Shown here in pieces: positions 23,728-37,300 of a DNA stretch of 64,000 bases (within the stretch, counting starts at the first letter, position 1; each line of letters opens with the position of its first letter). A program made the translations under genes and the position numbers. The notes under the pieces are model-generated. The model worked only from the letters and a program-made list of their open reading frames with translations, made no database searches and was not told the DNA's origin. Source of the DNA: Raillietiella orientalis (lineage: Eukaryota); the NCBI GenBank assembly GCA_036172245.1, contig JAYWIR010000008.1, positions 1,488,001 through 1,552,000 of the forward strand. The letters are read 5' to 3'.

Positions 23728-26700
23728 GGCCAGAGATGGGGCCTAAATCACTCACATCCGACTACGCGCTCCCCATTTTATTTTATTTTATTTTTTTCTC
23801 TCTTCCGCGCGCCCGAATCCGCTCGCCTGCATCCCGGAGGTTCGGATGGCGTGATCGATGGGAACCGCCTTAATTTATCTTGCAGCCACGACAAATATCG
23901 CACCCATCTGCCGGCGCGAGCTAGCAGAGGGGACTCGATGGATGTCCCGATCCTTACCGAGGCCTTCTGCGCGCGCGCATAAGCCCTGCCGGGTCCACCT
24001 TCCCCCCTCCCCGTCTTCCCTGGCCCTCTATCCAGGAACGGGACGAGATCGCCGCCCGCGCTTCCGGGGATGTTCCACCGCGCCCCGGGGTGTCCAATCG
24101 TCCCGTCAGAGAGACCGGCACGGCCGAACTTTTCGAGTGCTTCGGGAAAGGTGAAAGCAGGGGCATCCTCCTGGATCCCTAGCAGGGAGGTCGGACGCAA
24201 TAAAAGCGTGCGGCTGCCACTCGCGCTTGTCTTTGAGCAGACGGACGGACGTCCCAGGTATCGACAAACAAACTGCCGCACTCGTCCTTCTCTCCCCCCC
24301 TCAAAAAAAAAAAAAAAAAAATCAACGGTGAAGTGTTGGGAAGATGAAATGACCCCTTGCCATTAATAAATGATCGTCGCTATTAGCAACGCCGGCGTGA
24401 ACAGGAACTGTGGTCGCATTCTCCTGCCCCGCTGCCCCCTCGGCTCTCGCAACGCGAAACGTCAAGAAGTGATTGTGATGTTTGAATGAGGCTGTCCCAG
24501 GGAATAATCCAGACCTGCGGATCTGCAGCTTTCTTCTTTCTTTCTTTTTTTTTCTCTTTCTGCCCGGGTTGAGCGCGCGCACCACAATGGCGCGTCCGTC
24601 GTCGTTCCTTGAGCCGGCGGCGCAGCGGGCCTCGCCTTTGAAGAATCCTCACGACGCGCGCCTAGAAGAGATCGGAAGTGCTTTGCTTCGTTCCCTCCCG
24701 CGTTCCGAAGGGGAGCTCGCATCGTTTCCCGTGGGGAAGGTCAGGAGTGGGGTGGTGGAAGGAACCAGCTAGGCTCCTGGGGAGGTGGGGCTGAGGAAAG
24801 AACGCGAGCCGCAAGGAACGATCTCCTGCTGCTTCAGAGGCACCAGGCAAAGCTCCTCGGCTGTTTCAACACTTCCAAACAAAACCCACGGGTGCGAGTT
24901 CCTTGAGGAGCAAAGCTGGGAGTAACGGGGGAGGGAGGGAGAGGAATAGGTCGCTCCTGTTTCTGTGCTGCCGGCACAGTGTGCCTCCCACAGCCAGACA
25001 CGTCTCATTAAAGCCGAAGATCGCTCCTGGACACATGAGCCTGCCTTTTCAATAAAGCCATCCACACTGTTTACAGGAATCACCTTCGTCAGGCCGTGTC
25101 ACGTGGAATGTCATCCGAGACGCCCAAGTGCAGCAGAAGTAGCCGCGCTGATAGGCGCTACCTGCAGGGATGGAGGGCGTGCTGCATCCTCACGTTTCGC
25201 AGCAACGCGCTGTCGGTTGCAAGGCGACGGCAGCATCAACACCCCCATATTCATTGGCAGTTCGTTCCTGAGTAATAGAGGTCATCTCCGTCGGTGCAGC
25301 CGCTCAATGGTAGAGCGGTCACGTTCACTGCAAAAACCCCCATTTAAGGTAACGATGGGAAAACCTGGCACCTCGTTGCCCGGGGAACTTAGGAGAGACA
25401 CACAGATTCTCGCATCCACGCGGCGAGATCATCGAGAGATCTCGGGACGAGCCTAAGGACACTGCCCTTTTTTGCCGGCGTGCATGCCCGAAATCTTTTG
25501 CACGGTTGCCACCTCCCATGAAGGATGTAAATCTTCAGGAGTGAGGATTGGCAGATGCACAAGCTCCCAGTTGCCTTCCACGGTCAATGGATTGGATAGA
25601 GGGGGGAAGGGTATTAAGGGATGAGAAGCTAACGCAGTTCGGTGGGGCAACATTCATGGATGTCTGATCATGGGGAGGACGCAGATCTCCTCTGTACCAG
25701 AGGAGGGGCAAAAAAAAAAAAAAAAAAAAAGAAGAGCACGTGCTTCGGAATCGCCATCTCTTGCGCACCCACGCCGTCATGCACGCAAAGCACGGGTCCT
25801 GCAAGAGCGCAGGTGTTCCGCGCCTGCCACGCGATGCATATGCCCAGTGCTCGCCATCACGTGTGCACGCCAAAGCAGGTGCACTCATGCAATCGCGCGC
25901 ACACTTCCAAGTCTTCTGCTGCACGCCATCCCGGTTGCTACAGTGGGAGGAGACTGGCTGCCATGCAAAAGGGACCGGGATAACACGAAACGCGAGCACA
26001 TGCTCATGGTCGTCAAAGCTCCCTCCTGCCTCCTTCGAAAGACCGGTTCTTGGACAGAGTCCAGCAGTCTCAGAGCAAGCGGCAGCGCCCCCCTCTCTCT
26101 TGACGAACATGCGGTCGGCGACAGCAGACGGCCGGGAGACGCCGTTGCTTTCCGTTCTTGCCATTCCCTAGGAAGCATCTTGGTTGCAGAGTGTGGAAAG
26201 TTCCAAATGATGCCGAAATGAATACAAATGGCGAAACGAAGATGACGGCCTCACTGTTCGCAGGATCGAGCGTAGACTCAAGGATGCTTTCGACCACAGG
26301 CGTGGCGGATTCAGCGATCAAGCAGCTTTGTTCAGACGCATGAGCACAGGAGTCGTGCTCACTCCGCGTTTCCGTGACAACGGAAGGGTTTCTCCCACTC
26401 GGAAGGTCGGAAAATAGGAAAACCCAACTATCCTTAAGTCTGCGGATCTGCAAGCGTTCCTGCCAATGGCTGATTCGGGAATCTAAACACGTGGAAACTG
26501 CTCTTAGGGCTTCTTGAAATTCTGCAACCTTTGTAGGACCTAACCTAACGCAACCTATTCCCGTTTGTGACCTCGATTGACCAGCAGGCAGATAAGGGGG
26601 TCAGCTGGCACGTGCTCCGTCGCATGCGTAGGTGAAGCTGCCGACGTCACATCGGTTGCATCTTGCGAGGCGACGTGCAGCAAATGAGCGTGAGGTGGTG

Positions 26701-29700
26701 CAACGCACGCACACCGCTCCCATAGCGCAGCGTGCGTTTCACCCGCATCTGGAGATGCTGCTCAAATGAGGGGGATCCCAGGCGCCGGTCGCCTGGGTAA
26801 TGACCTGTCGCGAGAGGATCCTAATTTGTCGCGAGGATTTCTGGAAGACACTGCGGGTCTGCAACGTGAAACCTCTGGCATCATTAACGGGGCGACGGAC
26901 GGGGCGTGAGCGCCCGCCACCGGCCTAAGGAGGCGCGACGCGAGCGGGCGTTTTCCCGGCTCCCGTTTTGCCCGACGAAATCTGTCAACTTCGCGGGGAG
27001 ACTGCTAATCGCGACATCCCTGGGAACATGTGGGCAGAAGCTGAGTGGCTGCTCTCATTGCCGCCGGCCACAGAAGCAGAGGCGATACCGGGTCATACCG
27101 GCGTCTCCTTCGTCTCCGTCGATCCCACTCCAGTATGACCTCCCCGTTCGGAGGTGGATCCATTGGCGGTCCAATGGGACGCAACGCGAGCGAGATCCCC
27201 CCCCCCCTCCCTATCGTCCCATCCTGGCGCATTGGGGATCTCGGAATTCCCGTGCGCACGCGCGAGACATGGCAGCGAGACGATGCATCCGGGCGCGAAG
27301 CACCCGGTGGATCCCACTCTCGTCCTACTCAGAGGTGCAGGATAGAGCAGAAATTGTTCAGATGGCATCAGGGCGAAATCTCCCCATCCTGGACTCATTC
27401 GTTCCAAATGGGGAAATTAAATTTTCACAGCAAGGAAGGGACGGCCATGTAGCAAGGGGTCTGCGGGGAGGAGAGGGTCAGCGGTTGGATGGATAACTCG
27501 GGGATGGATCGATTGGATCCCGCGGGCCAGGATCGGGAAGGGACAGGTGTGCGGAGGCTCCGAGGTTGCCTCTCATGGACCACACATCTCATCTTGGGAC
27601 CCTCCTCGTTCCACTGCACCCTCCACGAGGGGGTCCTCCTGGAACAGCTGTTGCGCCCTTCTTCCCCCTTTGGAAACCGCCAGCGTTCTCCCATGGCGGC
27701 CAACGAGACGGAGAAACCTTCGTCCGAGCTTGCCTGAAGGCACCGTCGGGACAAACGTGAGGGAAATGAAAAATCCGGGAGCTGGTTCCCGGGAGATCTT
27801 GGGTCAACAGAGTAGGTTCTTCTGCCTCGAAGGTCGGGTAAGGAGAGGAGGAGGAGAAGGGGGAGGACCAAATTTTGCGGATCCCAGAGAAGTGCGCGCG
27901 AAATCTCTGAGATCAGGACTTCCCGATTCGCAATTCCCGACCGGGAATTTTCGTTTCCCTCCGGAGTCTAGGGCTGGTGAAAGTCAGCTCTGTTCCGGTC
28001 GTTCAACATCTCATTCCCTCCTCCCCCGCATGGGGAGGAAGAGAAAGAAGTCCTGCCGCAGCTGTAGGTACCCCGTTCCCCGATGTGGGGTCCATGGGAA
28101 AAAGGCGGCTAGACGCCGGTGTGGTAGAGTGGGCTCTTGGATCAGGAGAGAGTCGACGAAGCGATGCCTGCTTTCCGGCGTGGTCCGCGGTGTGGGGGCG
28201 GAGGCCTCCTTTTCCGCACGAGGATGCCTGCACAGGGCGGGAGAGGGGGAGGGTACTGGAGAACACGCGCTCGAGCTCCTCGCTCCTGGATGACCCTTGT
28301 GATTTTGGGCTTGCCAGACGGGAGAGGTGCGAGTCTTCGGCGCCTGACTCTGCAAGGCAAGCGGCTCGGCTGCCATCCCGATCGACTGAGATGCTGAGAT
28401 CCTGCGAAGGACAGCCGCTGCGCTCCGCTCGTCCTTCCACGCTCAGCTTCGTTCTGGGTGGGTTGGCGGAGAATGTTTTTAGGCGGACTCCGCTCAGCTC
28501 CGGGAGCAGCAGCAAATCGTCTGCAGCCTACGAACCGTCAAATTTTCCAATTTGCTGGAAGACCGCAGCATCTCCGCCTCTCTTCCAAAAATTAGGAAAA
28601 AAAAAGAAAAGAAAATTCGGTACTCCGAACTCGAGCGGTCCGCAGGTGCCAACGCCAGAGCCGACGCGTAGGTGAGCATCCCCCGTTTCCTCTCGCGCAC
28701 GCGAAGGGAACGAGTGGGGAAAGAGGGAGCAAAGGAGGTCCCCGGGAAGGGGAAATTGGCAGGAAGAAGGCGCGATCCAAGAAACCCTCTCCCGAGGAAA
28801 GGGAGAGAAAGCAGGTTCTCTCTGGAGGGGCAGCATCATGGTTGTGCCTCCGACTTCAGGGTGAGCAGCCCGAGGAACTGGCAAAGGGGAGGAGGAGGAG
28901 AGGAAGAAGAGATCTACGGACTATCCCTCCTTCTTACCACTTGTTTGCCCGTTCTTTCCCCCTTTTAGAGCTGCGCATCTGCTACCTCCTCCCTCGGAAA
29001 ATCGGATTGATTTGCGGGAGGGGGAGGGGGGAAAAATGGATCTTCCCTGTCCTTCCTGGTGCGGAGGGAACGCCGACGCTGGAGCGGCAGCCGCCATCCT
29101 CCGGCAGCAGCCCCACTCGTGAGGATGGCTCCGGATGACGCTGCGTGAAACCTCGAGGTTGGCGGCCGCCCACCCCGGTGTACGCGCCCTTCCTCCCTCC
29201 GAGCGACATCAGTCCATCCCGCCGACCGTCACGCGCTCTCGGCGAGGCCAGGAATTCTCGCGCCCAGATGCGACGCGCTCGCACAGCTTCAGACCCGCTA
29301 ATCTCCGAGAGCGGCTGAGCGCGCGGCTTTCGGGGAAGAGAGGGCGTCCGTCATCTCCCCGCGAGCGTGTCGGAAACGGCTGCTGACCTTTCGAGTGCGG
29401 CTCGGAGCCATTTTCTCGCATGCTTGGGAGGATCGCCGCGGCGGCCGTGACGGTGGCGGCACAGAGGCGCCATGGAGACGAAGACTCACACAGCTCCAAC
29501 CTCTTCCCCATCCCTCTGCGGTACCCTCGCTCCAGACCCCCACCCCACTCCCAAGCATGCGCCGAGGCACCATTTTTTCCCCTCCTGCGATTTTTTCTCG
29601 CGCTTCCTGCTGGAAGGAGGAGTGCCCGAGAAACCGCCACCCTTGCAGCGGCGACGGGTTTCCTTTCGAGGCAGCCACAGGGGAGACGTCAGGCGTAAGG

Positions 29701-30579
29701 AAGCTCTGGAGCCCGTTCGGTGGGTGCAGAGACGGGAGAGGAGGGGAGTGGGGAAGAGGAGGAGGAGGATTTCCGCCTCTCTGCCTCTCATCTCCCAGCT
29801 CGCCTCCGACCGCCACCCTGCCGATGCCTTCCGCCTCCTTCGGGAGTGGCGCGTGTCCGCGACCTTTCCGGCGCACCCTCCTCTCCTGCATGTCGATCTC
29901 GCATTCTTCGGGAGCACTGTGTGGGTGTGCGCTGCCGTCGAAGGCACCAGTGCCCCCTGAGGCCCTCCTCGTCCCCATCCTCTCCTCGATTCCCTCCTTT
30001 GTTTCGGTCGATCCTTTCCTACGGTATTCCTTCTATCCATCTACGTATGCGGTCATTTCTTTGTTTACTGACCCCTCACCCTCCTTTCCCGTTTCATCCT
30101 CGCTCTGAGGACCTCCCTTCTTGCATTTTTTTTATTTATTCTCCTGCTTTCAACGACTGGCGCTCCGGGATGGGGAGTTTTCTCCCTCTCCTCCCCAAAG
30201 GTCCCTTCAGGAAAGCATTCGATGGCCTGCGCTCTGCCCTCCTGCAACGCGATTCCGCCTGTCATGCCGAGGTCGTCTAAGCCTTCCCCATAGAGGGGTG
30301 TCCAGCATCGGTTAGGGGGCGCCCACGCGACGCCGGAGTGCCTCGTGGTGGCAGCCGAGCCGTTCGACCGGGGGCGCTTGCCCGCCCGCGCTCCGAAGAC
30401 TTCCGCGGGAGTGCGGAGGCCATTTTCGCGCTCGGAGGCTCGGCGTTTCCCGGACCGGGAGCCGCCGCCTCCCTTACTCGGAACCGTGACGAGCTCGGGC
30501 GTGGCGGTCGCCGGGAGCAACCGGTAAGCAGACTGCATCCCGTGCCGGATCCCCGCCTGTGGAACAAGTCGGCGGAGGC

Positions 30580-30635
30580 TGGGCGTGAATTTTTGCCCTC
30601 GCTCAGCTCGCAGCGAGGGCAAAAATTCACGCCCA
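30580..30635. repeat. Perfect 24-bp inverted repeat (hairpin/cruciform) with an 8-nt loop
   Basis: Left arm TGGGCGTGAATTTTTGCCCTCGCT (30580-30603), loop CAGCTCGC (30604-30611), right arm AGCGAGGGCAAAAATTCACGCCCA (30612-30635), which is the exact reverse complement of the left arm. Confidence 0.95.
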
Positions 30636-33600
30636 CGGGGGTGCGAAGGGGTGAGGGGGTAGGAGGGAGGAAGGGGAGAGGCGATGGGCAAATGCGCGCT
30701 CCCGGAGGGGCTGCCGCCGGTAACGCTCCGGGTGGAGCGCTTCCCAGTGGAGATCCGGGGAGGATTTTTCAGGTGCTGGCGACTCGATCTGGATCTCCAT
30801 GTACGCCCACCGGGCATGATGATATGGGCAGCCTTCCCGGAAGGATCTCAATTCCTCCATCCCAGCCACCTTCTCACCAGACCCCTCTCCCGTTTCATCC
30901 CGGCTCAATGGACCCCCTCCTTCCTTAGGAAGGACGGGAGATGGAATATCTCGAGGGAATCGCTCCTGGAAATAGGGAATTGATAGCAGGGCGTCCGGGA
31001 GCTTCGCTCTTTCGGGGAAGAATAGGACCCCCCTCTCTGTCCACGCCCCGAGGGGCGGGTTCTTTCGAAGAGAAGATCCATCTCCTACCCACCCCGCCCT
31101 ACGAATCGTCAGCCGCCTCTCTTCCCTCTCTTGAATCCTGGATTTCCGAGGTCCTCTCCGTTCCTCCAGGACGGGAAGGGGGAAAGGGGAGAAGAGGAGA
31201 TGGAGAAACGGGCATGCCAGGAAGAAAGGGTTGGGGAGGGAAGAGAGTCCCTAAGGAGAACTTCCTGGACGTCTTTTCCCGTCCAGAATGCGCCTCCCCC
31301 TTCCGGAAGGAAACTGAGACTCCCCTCCCGATGAGGCCCACCCCTGCTGTGCCCCCTGCGAAGAAGGGGTGTCAGGTTGCAGGGATCGATCCCGCACTCC
31401 GCAACCCGCGTTTTTCGCCCCTCGCCCGCTCGCCCTCTAGCGCTCCAGGAGATGCGCTCTCCCTTTCGGGAGCAGGGACGCAGGGGGCTCCGAAATGGAG
31501 GCACTCCCTGGGTGGGGAGGGGGAGGAGGAGAGAACGAGAAGGGAGGAGAGCCACTCGCAGTCAGCAAGAGAAGTGCCGCTCTTCGTCCTCTTCGTTACT
31601 GGGGAGGACATAGGGAACGGGGAAGGGGGGAGGAAGGAAGAGGAGGGCGAAAGAAAGGAAGAAAACGTCGATTGCGGTCCGAAAATCGGAAAGCACATGG
31701 GATCGGAGAGAAGGGAGGAAGGACTTTTCGCTCGCGTACGAGGATTGCCCTTCCCAGGAAGAGGCCAAGGGGAGAGAGCGGAGAGGATGGGGAGCAGGAG
31801 GAGGAGAAGAATCAATAGAAGGGTGAAGAAGAAGGGAGCTCCCCGCCCTCAGGTGTCTTTGGATAACTTTCTCCCCTTCTGCGAGGACAGTCCATGACCT
31901 AGCCCCTCCCCTTGGACTTCTCTGCACAAGGAACCTTGCCGGCTTCTTGAGCCCCTCCTTTTCCTGCTCTTCCCTTTAACGCCGCTGGTTCCCCATTTTT
32001 CGGGAAATCTTCCCACCTCCCTTCTCTTCCTTGAGGGAGAGAGAAGGAACGAAAGTTACTCCAGTCTCCATCTCCCCTCCCCTGTCCCTCTCGAGCACCC
32101 CCGCTCCGATTCCCCTTCCCTTCCTCCCTCTCCCTCGCGAGAAGCTCCCTCGGAGGGAGGGAAAGGGAGAGGAAACGCCCTCGCGTTCCCCCCCCCCCTC
32201 TCCTTTTATCTCCCGGGTGGCCCTCTGCCCCCAGGAGGTCTCGCGTCAATTCCTCATTGGGTCATGACCTTGGCCCCTCCCACCCCCGCCCTCACGAGTC
32301 TCCCGCCGGCGATGGGCCGTGCGTGCGGATTCCTCATGCAGTGGGGCGGGGAGGATCCAGATGGGGAGGAGGAAGGGAGAACCGCCTGAGGCAACCCTAC
32401 GATAGTAGGGGATGCCCCGAACATGGACCTTACCGAGGAACCCCCGGATCCTGGACTCCTCACGCCCTTGGATCGGTTGGAGGGTGGAAGCATCTCGCCA
32501 TGCGTAGACGGAGGGAGCAAGAGGGAAGTTCTTCTTCCCAAGGGAACGGGGGCTCCTCTGCAACGCTTTTTCCCTTTCGCCTCTATCTAGTAGGGGATCT
32601 CGGTCCGGGTCGGAAACCCCCTGCCTCTCTCCCCTCGTCTACCCTTATCTGAGGCTTGGCTTCGATGGGAAGAGTAGGAATCGGGCAACCGGAAACCGAG
32701 GAGGTGGAGACCACAGGCGAGCATGACCTTGAAAAGCACGTGAAAGGAACGGCCGCCAGCCATCCCAGTCATCGCACGCAATGCTCGTGAGTCTCGGGAG
32801 AAAGGGAGGGAGCCACCTGGGGGGAGAGAGTTGAGGTGGTAATGGTGGCGACTTGAAGGATTGCAGGCAGAGGTGGACCTCGAGGTCATCCGAGGCAGCC
32901 GGAGGAGCAGCGTAGGCGGCGGCGGAGCGGCTCCTCAGGGAGAGCTGCTGAGGGTTCGGGCAAGACAATCCAAGTCTGGAGGTGCTGGGGAGAGAACCGA
33001 AAGGGAGGGGCAGAGGGCGCTGGGGAAGAAGGCGAGCGGTAGATTCCAGCCGCACTCCCCAGCAGGACGCGCCTTTTGGACGCAAAGGTTTTCGGCTTCC
33101 GCTCCGGTGATTTTTCTTTGGAAGGGAGGGGTCTCTAGGATGGTTGCGGTGGTCTTGACTTCGATCGCCAGCCCTGAACGGTCCCTGCCCGGTCTTGAAC
33201 AGGAGGGAGAAAGCATCCTTCCTCTGGTGATGGCGACCTGAAGGGAGGGGGGTTGCTTCTTCACAGGAGGAGGGGAGGGAGGGTAGGAACGGTGAGAAGT
33301 GCAGGAAAGAGGAAAGGAGGGGGTAAACAAACAGTGGGAACTCTGGTCTCTGAAGGAGGGAAGGGGAAAAGGAGACAGGGAGGGAGAGATGCTCCGTTGT
33401 TTGGTAACCCAAAGCGTGAGCATGGAGGTCGCGCGCTTAGCCGAGTGACACACGTCGAGGAGTGCACGCGTGCTTGTGCTGTGGCGCCTGCCCTGCCTCC
33501 GTCTTGCCCCTCTGTGCCTCCGTCCCGTCCCACGGAGTAGGAAAGGGAGGAATGGAGAACGATGAGCGGACGTCAGGTGGGGAGGACACTCCAGAGATGC

Positions 33601-34331
33601 GCATCAGCAGGGGAGACGTCGGCAGCATCCGAAGAGGAGTAAGCGGCTCCCCGGCCCGGCAGGCCTACCCAGATCGCCGCTGGCGCTCTCAAACGGCGTC
33701 CCCTGCCCTCTCCTCGGGCGCTCACGAGATGGTGAGGATTCAAGGGTCGTACCTTTCTGCGCCCGCCTCCCGACCCGCTTTCTCTGTTGCGCAACCGCCG
33801 TTGCCAGAGAAACGAAGGGAAGGGGTGGACGGACACGACAGGGTGGAGCTGTGCTAGCCTTCGAGAGCAAGAGGAGGAGGAGAGACGGACAGAGGGTAAG
33901 AGGATCAGAGGAGAGTGGACCCTCACACCGCGGAGGGTACGCGGATTATCGACGGTCACTATGGCCGCTGCCTTTATCGCGTCTGTTCGCAGGCGCATTG
34001 AAGGTCACCCAAGCGGATAAGCGGGGCAGCGGCTGCGGGCTCCAGTGTTGGGCCGTAGGGTCCTCATCACGGGTGAGTGGGCACGTCCAAGGGAGCGGGA
34101 GACTCCCTCTCCGTGCCCCATCTTCCGTTTCGAGACAGCGGGCGGGAAGGGAAAAGGAAGGGGCGGGAAGGGAATGAAACGCTTCGGGAGGACAACGGGA
34201 ATGGGAAGGAAGAGAAACCGGAGGAAGAACGGAACGCCTGGGTGCTCCCGGCGATTCGCGTGCCTCAGGCAGGCGCTGCTCGAGAACCCGGAGACGCTCT
34301 GCCTGAGTCACGGAGAGATCGGGCAGGGAAC

Positions 34332-34348
34332 GGGGGGGGGGGGGGGGG
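34332..34348. repeat. G17 homopolymer (potential G-quadruplex)
   Basis: Read directly from the sequence. Confidence 0.9.
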
Positions 34349-37300
34349 TGGAGGGCGTCTCTCGCCCTGCCTCTAATGTGATGGCCAGGAAGGATGCTCT
34401 CTGGGAGAGCTCGCGAGAGGGCGTCGCTCATGGGCGATGCTGCTGACGACTGGCTCATGCACGGTCCCACCCCAGAGGGCGCGGAAGGAGAGAGGCTGGG
34501 AGGGGTCCGGAAAGGATAAAAAAAAGAGGCAGAAGGATACGAACTCCAGGGAAAGGAAAAGGGAGAGAACTGCTGGTGCCCCCGTCCCGCCGCCCACTCC
34601 TGCCCCCAAGGAGGGCATGAGGGACCAGACCTCACTGGCGAGGGCATGGGGGCGAAAAGAAGGCGGTGTATCCCACGGGAAGGGAGGCCAGGGAGAAGAA
34701 GGGCATCTGCCAGCGGAATTCGCGTCCCCTCTCTTCGCCTTCCTTCCGCCTCTTCCTCCTCTCTCCTACCACCCCTAGATACAAATCCTGGCGTGCTTGG
34801 CAGGAAGGAAGGAAGGTGGATGCGAAGTTCATGCTTCCCTCAGAGCGGTTTCCTCGCTCCCCGAAATTCCGTCGGAAAGGGAAGGGAAGGGAGAGGGCCG
34901 AGGAGCTGCAGGAAGCTCCCGTGACTCTCCCCGACCGCATCCCTTTCGTCCCTCGGGTGCACCGCGGAGCGCACCGCAGCGGACGGCGGGTTTCTTCGTC
35001 GGGGGAGGGAAGGAAGCGGGGAAGGCTGAAGGAGTCGCCGGGAGGAAGAGACGGCACCGCCGGGAGCCGAGAGCCATAAATAACGCCCGGCCTTTGTCGC
35101 GCGGAAAGCCTTCGCGCGTTGCTACGCGACCGCCGCGGTCCCAGGCTCTCGTTGCGGCGAGATTTATCGATTGTTTGAGGTCCACTCCACCGCACTCGAG
35201 GGTGAACGCGCAGCATGCAGCTCGCTCCTCCCCCACCCCCGGGACCGGCTGGACGCCGCTGCCGCTTCCGCCCCTGGCGCGCCCTCTGCGCCGCCTCTCT
35301 TCCTGCCTTGGTGGCGCCGTTCCGAACCCTTCTACGAGGTCTCCGTCGTCAGGAGGGCGAGGAGGAGGGGAGGTCCGGCAGCCTATTCCAGCGTTGATGC
35401 GCGCGCTCGCGGGCGCTTGGAAGGACGCCCGTGCCGCTTTCCTGCGGGGCGAGCTCGTCAGCGGAAGGTTGCCGTGGACTCTCCCTTTCACCCTCCTCCT
35501 CCTCCCCCTCTTTTCCCAACCCCGCCCGCTTTACGACGCCGTTGCCAGGTCCAAACATCCCCCTCCGGCAGTAAAAAGCAAAAAAAAAAAAAGCTGCGAT
35601 TTCCCGCGCTGGTTCTGTAAACGTTTTTATGGCTCGCCTCCGTCACGCGCAGTTTTCCTTGGAAACGGGGCAGCCTTACGCAGCTGCGGTGCGCGCACAC
35701 GCGCGCGCATCCTCGGCGGCAATGCGCCTGCCGCTTACCCGTCCTCCGACCGCGACTTCTCGAGCGAGGGAGGGCCGCCGAACCGAGCGGCGTCCGGTCG
35801 CATCTGGAGGAAGAGGGCAGCTGCCCCCCTCTCCGGGGGACCCGGAGGCTGGGGCGAGCGCCACCGTCCTGTGGCGGCTCACGGACGCTCCTTTTTCCGC
35901 CCCGGGGCTTCCCCAGCGCTGCCGCTCGCGTAAGTGGAGGCGCGCTCCCAGCACCTCCCCCACGCCGTCTGGCAGGCGAGCGCCCCCGGAGACAGAGCCC
36001 TCGGCTTCCGGGGATGCTCACTGAGGCCGCTGGTCGGACTCTGTGCAGACGGACGAGCAGCTTTTCCCCTCCTGGAGGAGGCGGCAGCTGAGTCGATTCG
36101 CGCCGAAGTCTGCGCTCCCGAAGTCAGCCGTCAGGAATCCGCCCACGCACTCCCAGAGCTGCGGCCAAAAGCTGGGGCGTGTCATCGAGTGCGCTGCCCT
36201 GCCATCGGCGCCCCGGATGGTCTGCGGGGAAGCGTCCTGGAAACGAATGCGAATTTCCCATCACATCTTTTCCCCTTTGATTCCCGAAAGGAGGAATTTT
36301 TTTTTTGGCCTGGTCCTCAGGAGATCCACTCTTTCATTTCTTAGGAGGAGGACGGACCACTGGGCGGAAGGTAGCGCCTGCCCTGTGCAAGAAGTTGCAG
36401 ATGCTCTTCTTAAGAGGGTACGAAGTCTTCTCAATGAGCGGAAAGTGCTCTTAACTGAATGTGGCAAATGATCTCGCAAGTAGTGGTTGTGTTATTCGTT
36501 AGAGGCAGCTAATTCTCTTCCCGAATTGTGGTTAACGCCCTTCATGAATGTTCCCAACAGCAACAGTGGAAAATGACGGCGCCAATGGTAGCGAATGTTC
36601 TCAATGCGTGGCAAATGCCGCCCGTGGATGGGGGCATCGCACAAGAGGCAGAGACTCAAGGAGGGGCGGCGAATCTTCTCGACGAAAGTTGGCAGCTCCT
36701 CGTGGCCGTGGAGTCCTCCTTTTCAGGGGAGCCAAGCGTATGCAGGGACAGCAGCGACAAAGAACGACCCCTCTCTCTCCGCCAGGGGCGGAAAGAGCAG
36801 GCGTCTGCGCAAGGAAACTGCCTTTCGCGAATACCACAGAGAAGGTAGTCGGGCAGCTGCCACCCTGCCCGGTGCGCACCCGCAGCAACGTCTGGAGGGA
36901 AGATCAGCTCTGCTGAGGCCAGCATCCTCTAGGCGGAGGCGTGCCTGGATGCCATCCGGAGTGCTGATGGTAGTGGTGGAGGAGGTGGCAAGGCACACGC
37001 GGAGTGCTGTGGAGTTGCCTTGGTTTCGCGGGTCCAGGGGGGATCGCCCGAGGGAGGAAGAGGAGGACTCGCACAGTGTGAGAGAGGGGAGGAAGGAAAG
37101 TCGTGCGTCCCTGCGAGCTCTTGCCTCCCGCTTCCTCCTTCTCCAAGGGCAGAACCGGGAGGAATATAAAGGAGCGAACGACCCAGATGAGGTTGATACG
37201 GACGACGACGAAGACGAGGAGGAGGGGATGGGAGGAGTGGACGCAAGGATACCTTGCGACCGACTTCTCCTTCTCCCTCCCGTGCTCGAGGGTCCCTCGG

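Noticed and set aside
25737..25925. Short RY-rich patch similar in composition to 56.5-57.1 kb
   Set aside because: Only compositional similarity, with no convincing alignment.
26539..26556. CCTAACCTAACGCAACCT, resembling a TTAGG telomeric repeat
   Set aside because: Only two perfect units, compatible with chance.
34797..35933. 378-aa ORF, and likewise 30941-31897 and 57942-58979
   Set aside because: Overlapping open frames on both strands in DNA of about 65-70% GC, with low-complexity translations and no motifs.
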